A program made the translations under genes and the position numbers. From a virus (taxonomy: Duplodnaviria; Caudoviricetes): DNA of 36,101 nucleotides. The notes below the pieces were generated by a model. The model saw only the letters and a program-made list of their open reading frames with translations, did no database searches and had not been told where the DNA came from. Location: positions 1 through 36,101 of the IMG/VR virus record IMGVR_UViG_3300011434_000016; one strand, written 5' to 3'. Positions 8,422 through 17,994 of the stretch are shown here, one piece after another (position 1 is the first letter of the stretch; the number at the start of each line of letters is the position of its first letter).

Positions 8422-9699
8422 ATGTCCCAAGTCGCACAGAAAGCTCTCACGGACAAGGCGCTGCAGTGCATCGCGCTCGCGCGCACCATCCACGACCGCT
8501 ACCCAGACCCGACGAAGATCTCCGGCGACGACGCGGTCAAGATGCAGAACCTGCTCAAAGAGGCCCAGCGGCTGCGCGGGCTGGCCGACATCGAGGGCAC
8601 CCAGGACGCGATGGAGAGCTGGGGGCGCGAGCCTGACCAGATCCCCGCCGCCCTGCGGGCCGAGGCGCAGGTGGCGGCCGCCAATGGCGTGGTCGAGACC
8701 AACGGCTCGGTATACGCCGAGGCCCGAAAGGCCCGCGCGATCGAGCTGTTCGCCAAGGCGATGCGCCACGGATGGAAGGGCCAGCCGTGGGTCCAGTCGC
8801 TGGACGCGGCAGAGAAGGCCGATCTCGTCGAGGACGCCACCGGCGAGGTCATCGTGCCTCACGACATCGCCGGCCCGATCTTCAAGACGCTGCCGCACCT
8901 GGGCACGTTCCGGGCCGCCGGCCCGACTGTGCGGCCGACCACGTCCAACAAGGTCGACCTGCGCAGCCTCACCCAGGCCACCGGCGGCTGGGGCAAGCTC
9001 GAAACCGGCGGCACGCCGGCCACCGACCTGAGCGTGATTCCCAACACCCCGGCCGATGTGGTCGAGGTCCACGACCTGCTGGCCATGAGCCGCATCGGTG
9101 TCGACGAGCTCGCCGACACCGATGCCAACCTGGTCGCGATCATCCAAGGCGCGGCGGGCGAGGTGTTCGCGGCGCTGGAGGACGACGCGTTCGCGATCGG
9201 CACCGGCACCAGCCAGCCGTGGGGCCTGGGCGCCCGGGCGTCGGCCCTGATCACCCAGGCGGTGACCGCCGGCTCGGCGGCCACGCCGACCGGCGATGAC
9301 CTCAAGTCGCTCAAGTACCGGGTCGGTACCCGGTTCCGCCAGGGCGGCGCCTACTTCGCCTCGGACGATGCTTCCGAGGCCGTCGCGCTCCTCAAGGACG
9401 CCAACAGTAACTACCTGTGGCAGCCCAGCGTGCGGGCCGGAGAGCCGGACACCCTGTTCGGTAAGGCGTTCTACACCCTGGAGGGCCTGCCGGCCATGAC
9501 GGCATCGACCGGCATGCTCAACACTTCGGTGATCTTCGGGGACCTGGGGATGGGGTACATGGTCGCCGACCGGCAGCGCATCACGGTGCAGCGCCTGGAC
9601 GAGCGTTACGCCGAGCTCGGCCTGGTGGCGTTCATCTTCAAACTGCGGGTCGGCGGGGACGTCATGCGTCCTGCTGCGTTCGCTAAGTACCTGCTCTAG
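8422..9699 (+). CDS. Major capsid protein (HK97 fold, with delta domain)
   Basis: Helical N-terminus, EK/ADL..ATGEVIVP, EDDAF..GTG..QP.G, LKDANSNYLWQP, TLFGK, FGD, RVGGDV.RP.AF. AGGAG SD. Confidence 0.95.
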   Translation: MSQVAQKALTDKALQCIALARTIHDRYPDPTKISGDDAVKMQNLLKEAQRLRGLADIEGTQDAMESWGREPDQIPAALRAEAQVAAANGVVETNGSVYAEARKARAIELFAKAMRHGWKGQPWVQSLDAAEKADLVEDATGEVIVPHDIAGPIFKTLPHLGTFRAAGPTVRPTTSNKVDLRSLTQATGGWGKLETGGTPATDLSVIPNTPADVVEVHDLLAMSRIGVDELADTDANLVAIIQGAAGEVFAALEDDAFAIGTGTSQPWGLGARASALITQAVTAGSAATPTGDDLKSLKYRVGTRFRQGGAYFASDDASEAVALLKDANSNYLWQPSVRAGEPDTLFGKAFYTLEGLPAMTASTGMLNTSVIFGDLGMGYMVADRQRITVQRLDERYAELGLVAFIFKLRVGGDVMRPAAFAKYLL

Positions 9700-9721
9700 T
9701 CCGGGCCGGAGGGGGCACCGG

Positions 9722-10096
9722 GTGTCGCCGGTGCCCCCTCACCCGAATATGCAAACCCTGAGGGAGCGAGCGATGAGGGTCAAAGTAGGCGGGCCGCTGG
9801 CGCACAGATGGAGCAGCGGCAAGATCGAATCGTGGACCGGGGCGGTGCTCCAGGTCGACGACGACGACGCCGAGCAGGTGGGGTTCTTCCGCCAGCTGGC
9901 CTCGGTGGGCAACGCGACCATGCTCGATGACCCGGGGGCGGACAAGCCCGACCCGGCGCCCGAGTCGCCCGAGCCGCCCGAGGTGCCACCCGCGGTCGAG
10001 CGGGTCGACAAGGCCGACGAGCCGGCGCCTGAGATGGCAGACAAGATCGACAGGCCCGCGGTGAAGAAAGCTCAGGCGAGGGCGGCCCACGAGTGA
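9722..10096 (+). CDS. Small capsid-adjacent protein with Pro/Glu-rich tail
   Basis: GGAGG SD; position directly after the capsid gene. Alternative start at 9773. Confidence 0.6.
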   Translation: MSPVPPHPNMQTLRERAMRVKVGGPLAHRWSSGKIESWTGAVLQVDDDDAEQVGFFRQLASVGNATMLDDPGADKPDPAPESPEPPEVPPAVERVDKADEPAPEMADKIDRPAVKKAQARAAHE

Positions 10097-12582
10097 AAAT
10101 CTTGTGGCACTCCGTCGCGCCGTGGGTGGGCACCGGCTACGGCAACCAGACCGGACTGTTCGCCCCGCGCGTGGCCAGCCTCGGTCACGACGTGGCGATC
10201 TCGGCCTACTACGGCCTGGCCGGCACAAAGATGCGGTGGCGCGGCCTGACCGTCTACCCGCACTACGCCGAGAGCTACGGCACCGACGTGGTCGTACCCC
10301 ACGCCCTGGATCACTTCGGCGCCACCGCGGGCAAGCACCTGAACATGCGCGAGGCCGCCGGCCGGGGCGTCATCATCACCCTGGGGGACGTGTGGACGTT
10401 CCGGGCGCCGCTGCTGGCCGAGATGAACGTGGCCGCGTGGGTGCCCATCGACCACGAGACGGTGCCGCCGATCGTGTCTGACTGGCTCAGCCAGATCGGG
10501 GCCATACCGATCGCCATGAGCCGGTTCGGCCAGCGCAAGCTACAGGAGCTGGGCCTGCCCGCCCTGTACGTGCCGCACGGCGTGGATACCTCGATCTTCC
10601 ATCCCGGTGACAAGGCCGAGGCCCGCGAGCGGGCGGGGCTGCCGGCCGATGCGTTCATCGTCGCGATGGTGGCCGCCAACATCGGCAAGGACGGCTCGCG
10701 GAAGGCGTTCGCGGAGCAGATCATCGCGTTCAAACAGCTGTACCGCCGCCACCCGGACTCGGTGCTGGCCCTGCACACGGACGTGACCAGCAAGTACGGC
10801 GTGAACGTCCTGCAGCTGCTGTCCGACCTGCCCGAGACGGCGTACGCGATCAGCGGCCAGTACGACTACCGGCTGGGCATGAGCCCCGAGCGGCTGGCCG
10901 ACATCTACCGCTCGGCGGACCTGTTCACGAACACGTCCTGGGGCGAGGGGTTCGGCGTACCCATCATCGAGGCGCAGGCGTGCGGGACGCCGGTCGTGGT
11001 CACCGATACCACCGCGATGCCCGAGCTGTGCGGGGCCGGCTGGGTTGTGCAGGGCGAGCCGTTCTGGCACGACAGCCAGAAGGCGTGGGCCCGCCGCCCG
11101 CTGATCGGGTCCATTGTGGACGCGTACCTGGCCGGCTACGACAAGGCCCGCGAGATCGAGGTCCGGGCCCGGGCGTGGGAGTTCGCCCAGGACTACGACG
11201 CCGACCGGGTCCTCACCGAGTACTTCAAGCCGGCCCTGGCCCAGATCGAGCAGGCCGCCGCCCGCCGCGCCAGCGACACCGTCACCGCCCCGCCCAGCGT
11301 GGTCGAGGCCGACGGGTTGCTGTGGCTGGAGCAGAGCGGGGCCGAGTTCGGCGAGCACCTGGGGCCCTCCGAGCATGAGGCAGCGCTGGCGCCGCTGATG
11401 GAGGCGCTGCTGCCCGAGGGCGGCACGTTCCTCGACGTCGGGGCGCACGTCGGACACTGGGCGCTGCGGCTGGCCGGCCGTGCCGGTGACGTGGTCGCGG
11501 TGGAGGCCAACCCCCGTACCGCCTCGGTGCTGCGCCGCAACGTTGCCCTCAACGACCTGGGCCACAAGGTAGCGGTGGTCGAGTCCGCGGCCTGGGACGA
11601 GGACACGGTGCTGCAGCTGCACCACCCCGACGGGCAGGGCGAGATCGGCGGATCTACCCGGGTCCTCGCGCACGGCGGGTCCGGGCAGGATGTGTCCGCC
11701 CGGCCCCTGGACGAGCTGCTGCACCTCAACCGGCTCGACCTGGTCAAGCTCGACGTCGAGGGCGCCGACCTTCACGCCCTGCGCGGCATGGCGGGGCTGC
11801 TGCGTTTACACGAACCGACCCTGCTGATCGAGTGTCACGACTACTGCGGCTACTACAGCCGCGACGAGTTGCACGCCACCCTCGACGTGCTCGGCTACAC
11901 CTACGAGGTGGCCCACCGGTATTGGTCGGACTGGACCGGGCAGGGCCCGACCGATACCCCGGTGCCCGCCGACTACCTGGTGGCGGTCCCGGCCGGGGCC
12001 AAGCTGCCCGCGGCTGCGGTAGCGGCGATCGCCTGCAGCATGCACCGGGCGTCCCAGCGTGAGGACGAGCTCGCCCAGGCGCTGGAGCTGGTCGCGTCGC
12101 TCGACCCGAAGGTCATCGTGGAGATCGGCTGCGACCTGGGCGGCACCCTGTTCGCGTGGCGCTGGACCGGGGCCGACGTGTACGGCATCACCCTGCCCGA
12201 GCAGGACAACACCTACCAGCAAGGCGGGCAGGACGGGCCCCTGGCCACCCACGGCGCCACCGTGCACGAGGGCGACTCGCACGACAAGAAAGCCCGGGCC
12301 TGGCTGCGTTCGGAGCTTCGGGGCCGCCCGGTCGACGTGCTCGTCCTAGACGGGGATCACAGCACCGAGGGGCTGCAGACCGACCTGGCCATGTACCGGC
12401 CGCTGGTGCGTGACGGCGGTTTGATCCTCGTGCACGACATCGCCAGCTACGGCGACCCGCGGGCCGAGGTGTGGAAGGTGTGGCCCGGCGTCGCCGGGGA
12501 CATGCCCACCACCGAAATCCGGTCCCGCACCGGGCGCCCGTTCGGCTGGGGCGTCATCCACGTACAACGACCGGGCGAGTAA
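10093..12582 (+). CDS. GT4-like glycosyltransferase fused to FkbM-type and second class I SAM methyltransferase domains
   Basis: TGYG.Q, VPHGVD..IF.P, TSWGEGFGVPIIEAQACGTPVV; FLDVGAHVG...VEANP...KLDVEG; IVEIG...GGT...LVLDGDH...DGGLILVHD. Confidence 0.88.
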   Translation: MKILWHSVAPWVGTGYGNQTGLFAPRVASLGHDVAISAYYGLAGTKMRWRGLTVYPHYAESYGTDVVVPHALDHFGATAGKHLNMREAAGRGVIITLGDVWTFRAPLLAEMNVAAWVPIDHETVPPIVSDWLSQIGAIPIAMSRFGQRKLQELGLPALYVPHGVDTSIFHPGDKAEARERAGLPADAFIVAMVAANIGKDGSRKAFAEQIIAFKQLYRRHPDSVLALHTDVTSKYGVNVLQLLSDLPETAYAISGQYDYRLGMSPERLADIYRSADLFTNTSWGEGFGVPIIEAQACGTPVVVTDTTAMPELCGAGWVVQGEPFWHDSQKAWARRPLIGSIVDAYLAGYDKAREIEVRARAWEFAQDYDADRVLTEYFKPALAQIEQAAARRASDTVTAPPSVVEADGLLWLEQSGAEFGEHLGPSEHEAALAPLMEALLPEGGTFLDVGAHVGHWALRLAGRAGDVVAVEANPRTASVLRRNVALNDLGHKVAVVESAAWDEDTVLQLHHPDGQGEIGGSTRVLAHGGSGQDVSARPLDELLHLNRLDLVKLDVEGADLHALRGMAGLLRLHEPTLLIECHDYCGYYSRDELHATLDVLGYTYEVAHRYWSDWTGQGPTDTPVPADYLVAVPAGAKLPAAAVAAIACSMHRASQREDELAQALELVASLDPKVIVEIGCDLGGTLFAWRWTGADVYGITLPEQDNTYQQGGQDGPLATHGATVHEGDSHDKKARAWLRSELRGRPVDVLVLDGDHSTEGLQTDLAMYRPLVRDGGLILVHDIASYGDPRAEVWKVWPGVAGDMPTTEIRSRTGRPFGWGVIHVQRPGE

Positions 12583-12594
12583 GGCAGGTGGGCG

Positions 12595-13488
12595 GTGGCT
12601 CTGTTCCGGGTGCTGGTCACCACCGGGGTGACCGTGCAACACACGTTCGTCGTGGACGGCGTTGCCACCGACGCCACCGGGACCGTCACCGTAGTTGTCA
12701 AACGCCTCGACGGGTCCGCCGTCGGGTCGGCGCTGACCGCCACCAAGGTCGCCACCGGGCGCTACTCCGCCGTCGTGCCCGCCTCCACCGTGCTCGACGC
12801 GTGGTCGCTGGACTGGACCGCCACCGTGTCCGGCTCCGCGGTGGTGGTGCGTGACTGGGTCGAGCACGTCGGCGGGTTCATGTTCGACATCACCGCCGCC
12901 CGTGAGGCCCACCGCACGCAGGCCAACCCGTGGAACGCGGGCAAGTACTCCGATGCGCTGCTGGTGAGCAAACGGATAGCGGTCGAGCAAGAGGCCGAGG
13001 CGATCGCCCACACCGCATTCGTGCCGCGCTACGCCCGGGTTGCGCTGGACGGGTCGGGCACCGACTCCATCGTCACGCCCGACATGGACCTGCGCGCGGT
13101 GCGAACGGTCAAGGTCGCCTCCCGCTACGGGTCGTCCTATGTGGCCCTGACCACCGCCGAGCTCGCCGCGGTCGCCCCGCTCGGCTCGGGTGTGCTGGCC
13201 CGCGACGACGGGTCGATCTGGCCACGCGGGCGACGCAACGTCATCGCCGAATACGAGTACGGGCAGGACGTTTGCCCCATCGAGGTCGCCGACGCGGGCA
13301 TCATGCGGCTGCGCTACATGGTGTCCTCCACCCGCACCTCGGTGCCTGACCGGGCGATCAGTTACACGATCCTGGAGGGCGGCGTGTACCGCATGGCGCA
13401 GGCCGGCAAGCGTTCCACCGGCTCACCCGACATCGACGCGGCCTACCTGCGCCACGGCAACGAGACGTTCTGGCTGGCGGCGCGATGA
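12595..13488 (+). CDS. Putative head-tail adaptor with N-terminal Ig-like domain
   Basis: Position; beta-rich N-terminus (TG.Y...W); E.E..A..AFVPRY, W..G.RN...Y.YG, TG.PDIDA. Confidence 0.65.
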   Translation: MALFRVLVTTGVTVQHTFVVDGVATDATGTVTVVVKRLDGSAVGSALTATKVATGRYSAVVPASTVLDAWSLDWTATVSGSAVVVRDWVEHVGGFMFDITAAREAHRTQANPWNAGKYSDALLVSKRIAVEQEAEAIAHTAFVPRYARVALDGSGTDSIVTPDMDLRAVRTVKVASRYGSSYVALTTAELAAVAPLGSGVLARDDGSIWPRGRRNVIAEYEYGQDVCPIEVADAGIMRLRYMVSSTRTSVPDRAISYTILEGGVYRMAQAGKRSTGSPDIDAAYLRHGNETFWLAAR

Positions 13489-13970
13489 GAGCTCGGGTGT
13501 CGACCAACGCCTACGCCGCCAAGCGGGCCCTGCGCGACCGGTTCCTGGCCATGGTCCGCAACGACCCGGGCGGGCCGCTGTCAGATCTGCTCGTCAGCTA
13601 CAGCGACCCGGGCAAGTTCGCCGAGGGCCAGATGCTCTACGGCGGCGGCATCGTGTTCGACCAGTCCGGCCAGGAGCAGGACCTCGTCGATGGTGACGAC
13701 ACGCTGGCCCACGAGGTGGCGGTGCACGGCTGGCACATCCGCATCGAGATGGCCCCAACCCCTGACGGGGACCGCGATCCGGTCGAGGTCACCGACGAGA
13801 TCGCCGAAGGTGTGGGCGACGCGGTAGCCGGCCGGCTGGCGGCCGATCCGCACCTGGCCGGCGGGCACTCGGTGAGCCGCATCATCGGCGGCCAATGCGA
13901 CCACCACCTCACCGACACCGCAGCTGTGTCGGTGCTGACCCTACGCATCAGCGTCGAGTCAGACGTCTAG
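13485..13970 (+). CDS. Putative tail terminator or neck protein
   Basis: Size and position; L.ADP.L.G motif. Confidence 0.5.
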   Translation: MRARVSTNAYAAKRALRDRFLAMVRNDPGGPLSDLLVSYSDPGKFAEGQMLYGGGIVFDQSGQEQDLVDGDDTLAHEVAVHGWHIRIEMAPTPDGDRDPVEVTDEIAEGVGDAVAGRLAADPHLAGGHSVSRIIGGQCDHHLTDTAAVSVLTLRISVESDV

Positions 13971-13985
13971 GAAGGGAGTCACCCG

Positions 13986-14501
13986 GTGACTGCCACACTG
14001 TCAGACATATTCATGGGGCTCAGCGTCCGGGCCAGCGTGGCGGAGAGCCTGGACCTGACCGCCCGCCAGGCGTCGCTGGCGTTCAGCCGTTCCCTGTCCC
14101 CGGTCCACGGCACCGGCGCCGGGCAGGTCGACAAGATGTACCAGGACACCAACACCCTGGCCGCCTCGGACACCCTGGACATCGACCTGTCCGGTGCCCT
14201 CACCGACGTGTTCGGTGTGGCGTTCAACTTCGCCCGGGTCAAAGGGGTGTTCCTGTCGGCGTTGGCCGGCAACACCAACACCGTCGTCATCGGCGCCGCG
14301 GCCGCTACCCAGTGGGTCGGCCCGTTCGGCGCCGCCACCCACACCATCGCGGTCCGCCCCGGCGGCTGGTTCGGCATCGCCTGTGACGACGCCACCGGCT
14401 GGGCGGTCGCGGCAGGCACCGCGGACCTCCTGCGCATCACCAACGGCGGATCCGGCACGCCGGTCACGTACTCCATCGTGCTGCTGGGGGCGTCGGCGTA
14501 A
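13986..14501 (+). CDS. Virion structural protein (beta-rich, function unknown)
   Basis: GGGAG SD; Ala/Thr/Gly-rich; within the structural operon. Confidence 0.6.
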   Translation: MTATLSDIFMGLSVRASVAESLDLTARQASLAFSRSLSPVHGTGAGQVDKMYQDTNTLAASDTLDIDLSGALTDVFGVAFNFARVKGVFLSALAGNTNTVVIGAAAATQWVGPFGAATHTIAVRPGGWFGIACDDATGWAVAAGTADLLRITNGGSGTPVTYSIVLLGASA

Positions 14502-14824
14502 TGGCGGCGGCGGTCAGCGTTCGTACCGCCTGGGACCGGGCGGCTATCGCCGCACTCAAGACCGACCCCGAGGTGGTGGCCTACATCGACACCGCCGCCG
14601 AGGGGTTCGCGGCCCTAGAGCGGGCGCTGGCCCCCAAGGACACAGGGGCCGGTGCGGCCAGCATCGCGGCCCGCCCGTCGCGATCCAAGGGCGCCCGCGA
14701 CGTCGGCTGGGACAAGGCCCATTACTACCTGTCGATCCAGAACAGCTTCTCCACGCTGGGCACCCAGCCCAACCCCAACTACCGGTTCGCGCTCGATGCG
14801 CTGGAGCGGTATGTGCACGTCTGA
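14501..14824 (+). CDS. HK97 gp10-like tail-completion protein
   Basis: APKDTG...SI motif and C-terminal P.YRF...AL. Confidence 0.6.
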   Translation: MAAAVSVRTAWDRAAIAALKTDPEVVAYIDTAAEGFAALERALAPKDTGAGAASIAARPSRSKGARDVGWDKAHYYLSIQNSFSTLGTQPNPNYRFALDALERYVHV

Positions 14825-14848
14825 ATCCGGCTAAGGAGCGCGGACACA

Positions 14849-15388
14849 ATGGGCAACCCCAATCAGATCAGCCTCGGCCCGGGGATCCTCAAGGTCGCCC
14901 CGCTGCTGTCAGCCGAGCCGACCGACCTGGCCAGCGCGTGGGCCTCGGCCTTCGTGGACCTCGGCTACACGTTCGAGGGCAGCGAGTTCTCCAACCAGCT
15001 CAACACGGCATCCGTCGAGGTCGCCGAGGAGCTGTACCCGCTGGTGATCGTGCCCACCGGCATCGTGACCCAGGTCAAGTTCGTGCTGGCCCAGATCACC
15101 GCCCGCAACCTGCAGCTGGCCTGCAACGGCGGCACCATCACCACCGGATCGGGTTACGTCCTGTTCGACCCGCCGGCGGCAGGATCGCCGGTGCGCTACA
15201 TGTACGGCTGGCAGTCCAACGACGGCCAGGAACGGTGGATCTTCCGGCAGTGCCTCAACGGCGGCACCTCGACCATGGCCCGCAAGAAAGGCGCGGACAA
15301 GGCCGGCATCGGGTTCGAGCTCAACCTGGAGAAGCCGGCCAGCGTGCAGCCCTTCCGGGCCATCTTCGCCGACACCCGGGCGGCCTGA
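14849..15388 (+). CDS. Major tail protein
   Basis: LGPG.L.VAP....P, DLGYT.EG. AAGGAG SD. Directly precedes the chaperone and tape measure genes. Confidence 0.8.
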   Translation: MGNPNQISLGPGILKVAPLLSAEPTDLASAWASAFVDLGYTFEGSEFSNQLNTASVEVAEELYPLVIVPTGIVTQVKFVLAQITARNLQLACNGGTITTGSGYVLFDPPAAGSPVRYMYGWQSNDGQERWIFRQCLNGGTSTMARKKGADKAGIGFELNLEKPASVQPFRAIFADTRAA

Positions 15389-15861
15389 TGAGCCACAAGA
15401 GCTACCGCAGCAAGCGGGAGGCGTTCACGTTCGACTTCGACGGCCAGCCCACCCCGCCGTTCACCGCCCGCGGCGGCCTGGGCGCGATGGTCCTGGAGCT
15501 GGGCGAGCTGGCCAAGCTACGCGACCTGCAGGCCGACAGCCCCGAGGGCATGGCCGCGATTGCCACCGTGTTCCAGATGCTGCTGGGCGAGAGCGAGTAT
15601 GCCCGGTTCCGGGAGCACGTGGTCTCATCCGGGATCGATCAGGACGTGCTGCTGGAGCTGCTGCAGGACCTGTTTGCCGAGGTGGTGGGGCACCCTTTAG
15701 TACCGCCGCCGGACTCCTCGGCTGGGCTTTCGACTGCGCCCCTTACGTACAGGGTCATCTCGCCCTCCGATGGCACGGTCACCGAAATGGTGCTGACCCC
15801 GCAGCGGGAGGCGGAGCTGATCGCGGCGATGGAGAAGGGCATGGACCCTGGGAGCAGCTGA
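15388..15861 (+). CDS. Tail assembly chaperone (gpG-like)
   Basis: Between major tail and tape measure; F..LLG..EY.RF, GHP..PP.DSS. Confidence 0.8.
   Translation: MSHKSYRSKREAFTFDFDGQPTPPFTARGGLGAMVLELGELAKLRDLQADSPEGMAAIATVFQMLLGESEYARFREHVVSSGIDQDVLLELLQDLFAEVVGHPLVPPPDSSAGLSTAPLTYRVISPSDGTVTEMVLTPQREAELIAAMEKGMDPGSS
15693..15699 (+). other. Programmed -1 frameshift slippery site C CCT TTA
   Basis: X XXY YYZ in the chaperone reading frame. The -1 frame is open from here to the stop at 16082. Confidence 0.75.
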
Positions 15862-16082
15862 TGGGCATGCCGGCCGAGCAGGGCCTCTCGGTCCTGTACG
15901 TGCTGGCCGACCAGTGGCTGCGTGAGCGGCAGATGGTCAAGGGGCTGGGCGCCGAGGACCCGGCTCCGCTGGACGAGATCGTGGGCCGCCAACGGGTGGT
16001 GCACGAGCAGGACGACGGCGGCACCGACCGGACCCGCCGGGTCGACCTGGCCCGGGCGTTGGGTGGGGAGGTGATCGGCTGA
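15696..16082 (+). CDS. Frameshifted C-terminal part of the tail chaperone (gpGT-like)
   Basis: The -1 frame reads FSTAAGLLGWAFDCAPYVQGHLAL... and runs in frame into the 15861-16082 ORF, ending just before the tape measure gene. Confidence 0.72.
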   Translation, partial: FSTAAGLLGWAFDCAPYVQGHLALRWHGHRNGADPAAGGGADRGDGEGHGPWEQLMGMPAEQGLSVLYVLADQWLRERQMVKGLGAEDPAPLDEIVGRQRVVHEQDDGGTDRTRRVDLARALGGEVIG

Positions 16083-16083
16083 C

Positions 16084-17994
16084 ATGGCAGGACGCAAGAT
16101 CGGCGAGGCGTTCATCAGGGTCCGGCCCGACACCGCCGGATTCCTGAAAGACGCCGATGGCGACGTGGAGCGGGCCGGGCACGGCCTGGGCAACACCTTC
16201 GGCGGCGCGTTTACACGAGCCTTCGGGATGATCTCGGTGGCGCTCGGGTCGGTGTTCGCCGTCGGCAAGGCGGTCAGCGAGGTCCAGCAGTCCATCGGCC
16301 TGGCCCGGGACCTGGCAGAGACGCAGTCCGCCGTCAACGTGGTGTTCGGCGACGGCGCCGAGGCGATCAAGGCGTTTGCGGCCAACGCAGCTACCGCCCT
16401 GGGCCAGACCCGCAACCAGGCCGAGGGCGCGGCCAACACGTTCGCCACGTTCGGCAAGTCCGCCGGGCTGTCCGGGAGCGGGCTGGTCGACTTCTCCACC
16501 AAGCTCGTGACCCTGTCGGCCGACCTGGCCAGCTTCAAGAACACCACCCCCGACGAAGCCATTCAGGCCATCGGGGCGGCCCTGCGCGGGGAGTCCGAAC
16601 CGATCCGCCGATACGGCGTGCTGCTCGACGACGCGACCCTGCGGCAGCGGGCGCTGGCCATGGGCATCGTGGACACCACCAAGAACAGCCTGACCCCGCA
16701 GCAGCGGGTCCTGGCCGCGCAGGCCGAGATCTTCGCCCAGACCGCCGACGCGCAGGGCGATTTCCAGCGCACCTCGGGCGGGCTGGCCAACCAGCAGCGC
16801 ATCACCTCGGCGACCATCGCCGAGACCAAAACCAAGATCGGTGAGCTGCTGCTGCCGGCCATCACCGCGGTGACGGTGTTCATCAACTCCAAGTTCCTGC
16901 CGGTGCTGGAGCAGAAGCTCATTCCGACCCTGGGCAAGGTCCGGGACTGGTTCGCCGATGAGGTAGTCCCGGTGATCCGCGACAAGGTGCTTCCCGTCGT
17001 GGCGCAGCTGGGCGAGTTCTTCGCCGAAAGGGTCGTGCCGCAGCTGCAGGACTACGTCATTCCGGCGCTGATGTGGCTGGGCCGCGTGCTGCTGGACGAG
17101 GTGCTGCCCCCGTTGCTTTCCCTCGGCGGGACGCTCGTCAACTTCGTCCGCTGGCTCACCGACACCAGCAAGCCGGCCGAGGTGCTGCGCTACGCCCTGC
17201 TGGGCATCGTGGCCGCGCTGGTCATCTACCAGACGGTCCTCACCGCGGTGAAGATCGCAACCGCGATCTGGACGGCCGCCCAGGTCCTGCTCGACATCGC
17301 GCTGAACGCAAACCCCATCGGCATCATCATTCTGGCCATCGCCGCCCTGGTCGCCGCCATCATCTGGGTTGCCACGAAAACAACCTGGTTCCAGGCGGCG
17401 TGGGAGGCGGTGTGGAGCTTCCTCAAAATGGTCGGGGCCTGGTTCGCTGGCCCATTCGTCGATTTCTTCGTCCATGCCTGGCAGTGGATCGTCGACAAGT
17501 TCGTCACTGCCAAGAACAACATCATCGACGGCTTCAACGGGGTAATCGGATTCGTCGAAAGCCTCCCCGGGCGGATCACCTCGGCCGCGTGGGGCATGTG
17601 GAACGGGCTGGTCTACTCATTCAAGTCCGCGATCAACTGGCTGATCTCGCTGTGGAACAACTTCTCCCTGACCCTGGGCGGCGGCACCGTCCTGGGCATG
17701 TCCATTCCCAGCGTCACCCTCAACACCCCCGACATCTCCTACCTCCAGCGCGGTGGCCTGGTCGACCGGACCGGCCTGGCCGTCGTGCACGAGGGCGAGG
17801 TGTACGGCGCCGCAGACCAGATCGCCGCCGCCCTGCAGACCCGGCTGGGGGCTGCACCCGGAGCCGGCTACGCCGACATGCTCGGCGAGCTGCGCCGCAT
17901 CGGCGACCTGATCGCCGCGCTGCGTTTGCACGTGGACGCCGCCGGCCTGGCCCTTGCGGTGCGCAGCGGCGAGAAAGGGCTGGTCTACGGATGA
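16084..17994 (+). CDS. Tape measure protein
   Basis: IGEAFIRVRPD start, ADLASF.N, ALRGE.EP.RRYG, ANPIG..I.AI.AL, periodic Trp/Phe repeats, GLAVVHEGE. Confidence 0.93.
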   Translation: MAGRKIGEAFIRVRPDTAGFLKDADGDVERAGHGLGNTFGGAFTRAFGMISVALGSVFAVGKAVSEVQQSIGLARDLAETQSAVNVVFGDGAEAIKAFAANAATALGQTRNQAEGAANTFATFGKSAGLSGSGLVDFSTKLVTLSADLASFKNTTPDEAIQAIGAALRGESEPIRRYGVLLDDATLRQRALAMGIVDTTKNSLTPQQRVLAAQAEIFAQTADAQGDFQRTSGGLANQQRITSATIAETKTKIGELLLPAITAVTVFINSKFLPVLEQKLIPTLGKVRDWFADEVVPVIRDKVLPVVAQLGEFFAERVVPQLQDYVIPALMWLGRVLLDEVLPPLLSLGGTLVNFVRWLTDTSKPAEVLRYALLGIVAALVIYQTVLTAVKIATAIWTAAQVLLDIALNANPIGIIILAIAALVAAIIWVATKTTWFQAAWEAVWSFLKMVGAWFAGPFVDFFVHAWQWIVDKFVTAKNNIIDGFNGVIGFVESLPGRITSAAWGMWNGLVYSFKSAINWLISLWNNFSLTLGGGTVLGMSIPSVTLNTPDISYLQRGGLVDRTGLAVVHEGEVYGAADQIAAALQTRLGAAPGAGYADMLGELRRIGDLIAALRLHVDAAGLALAVRSGEKGLVYG

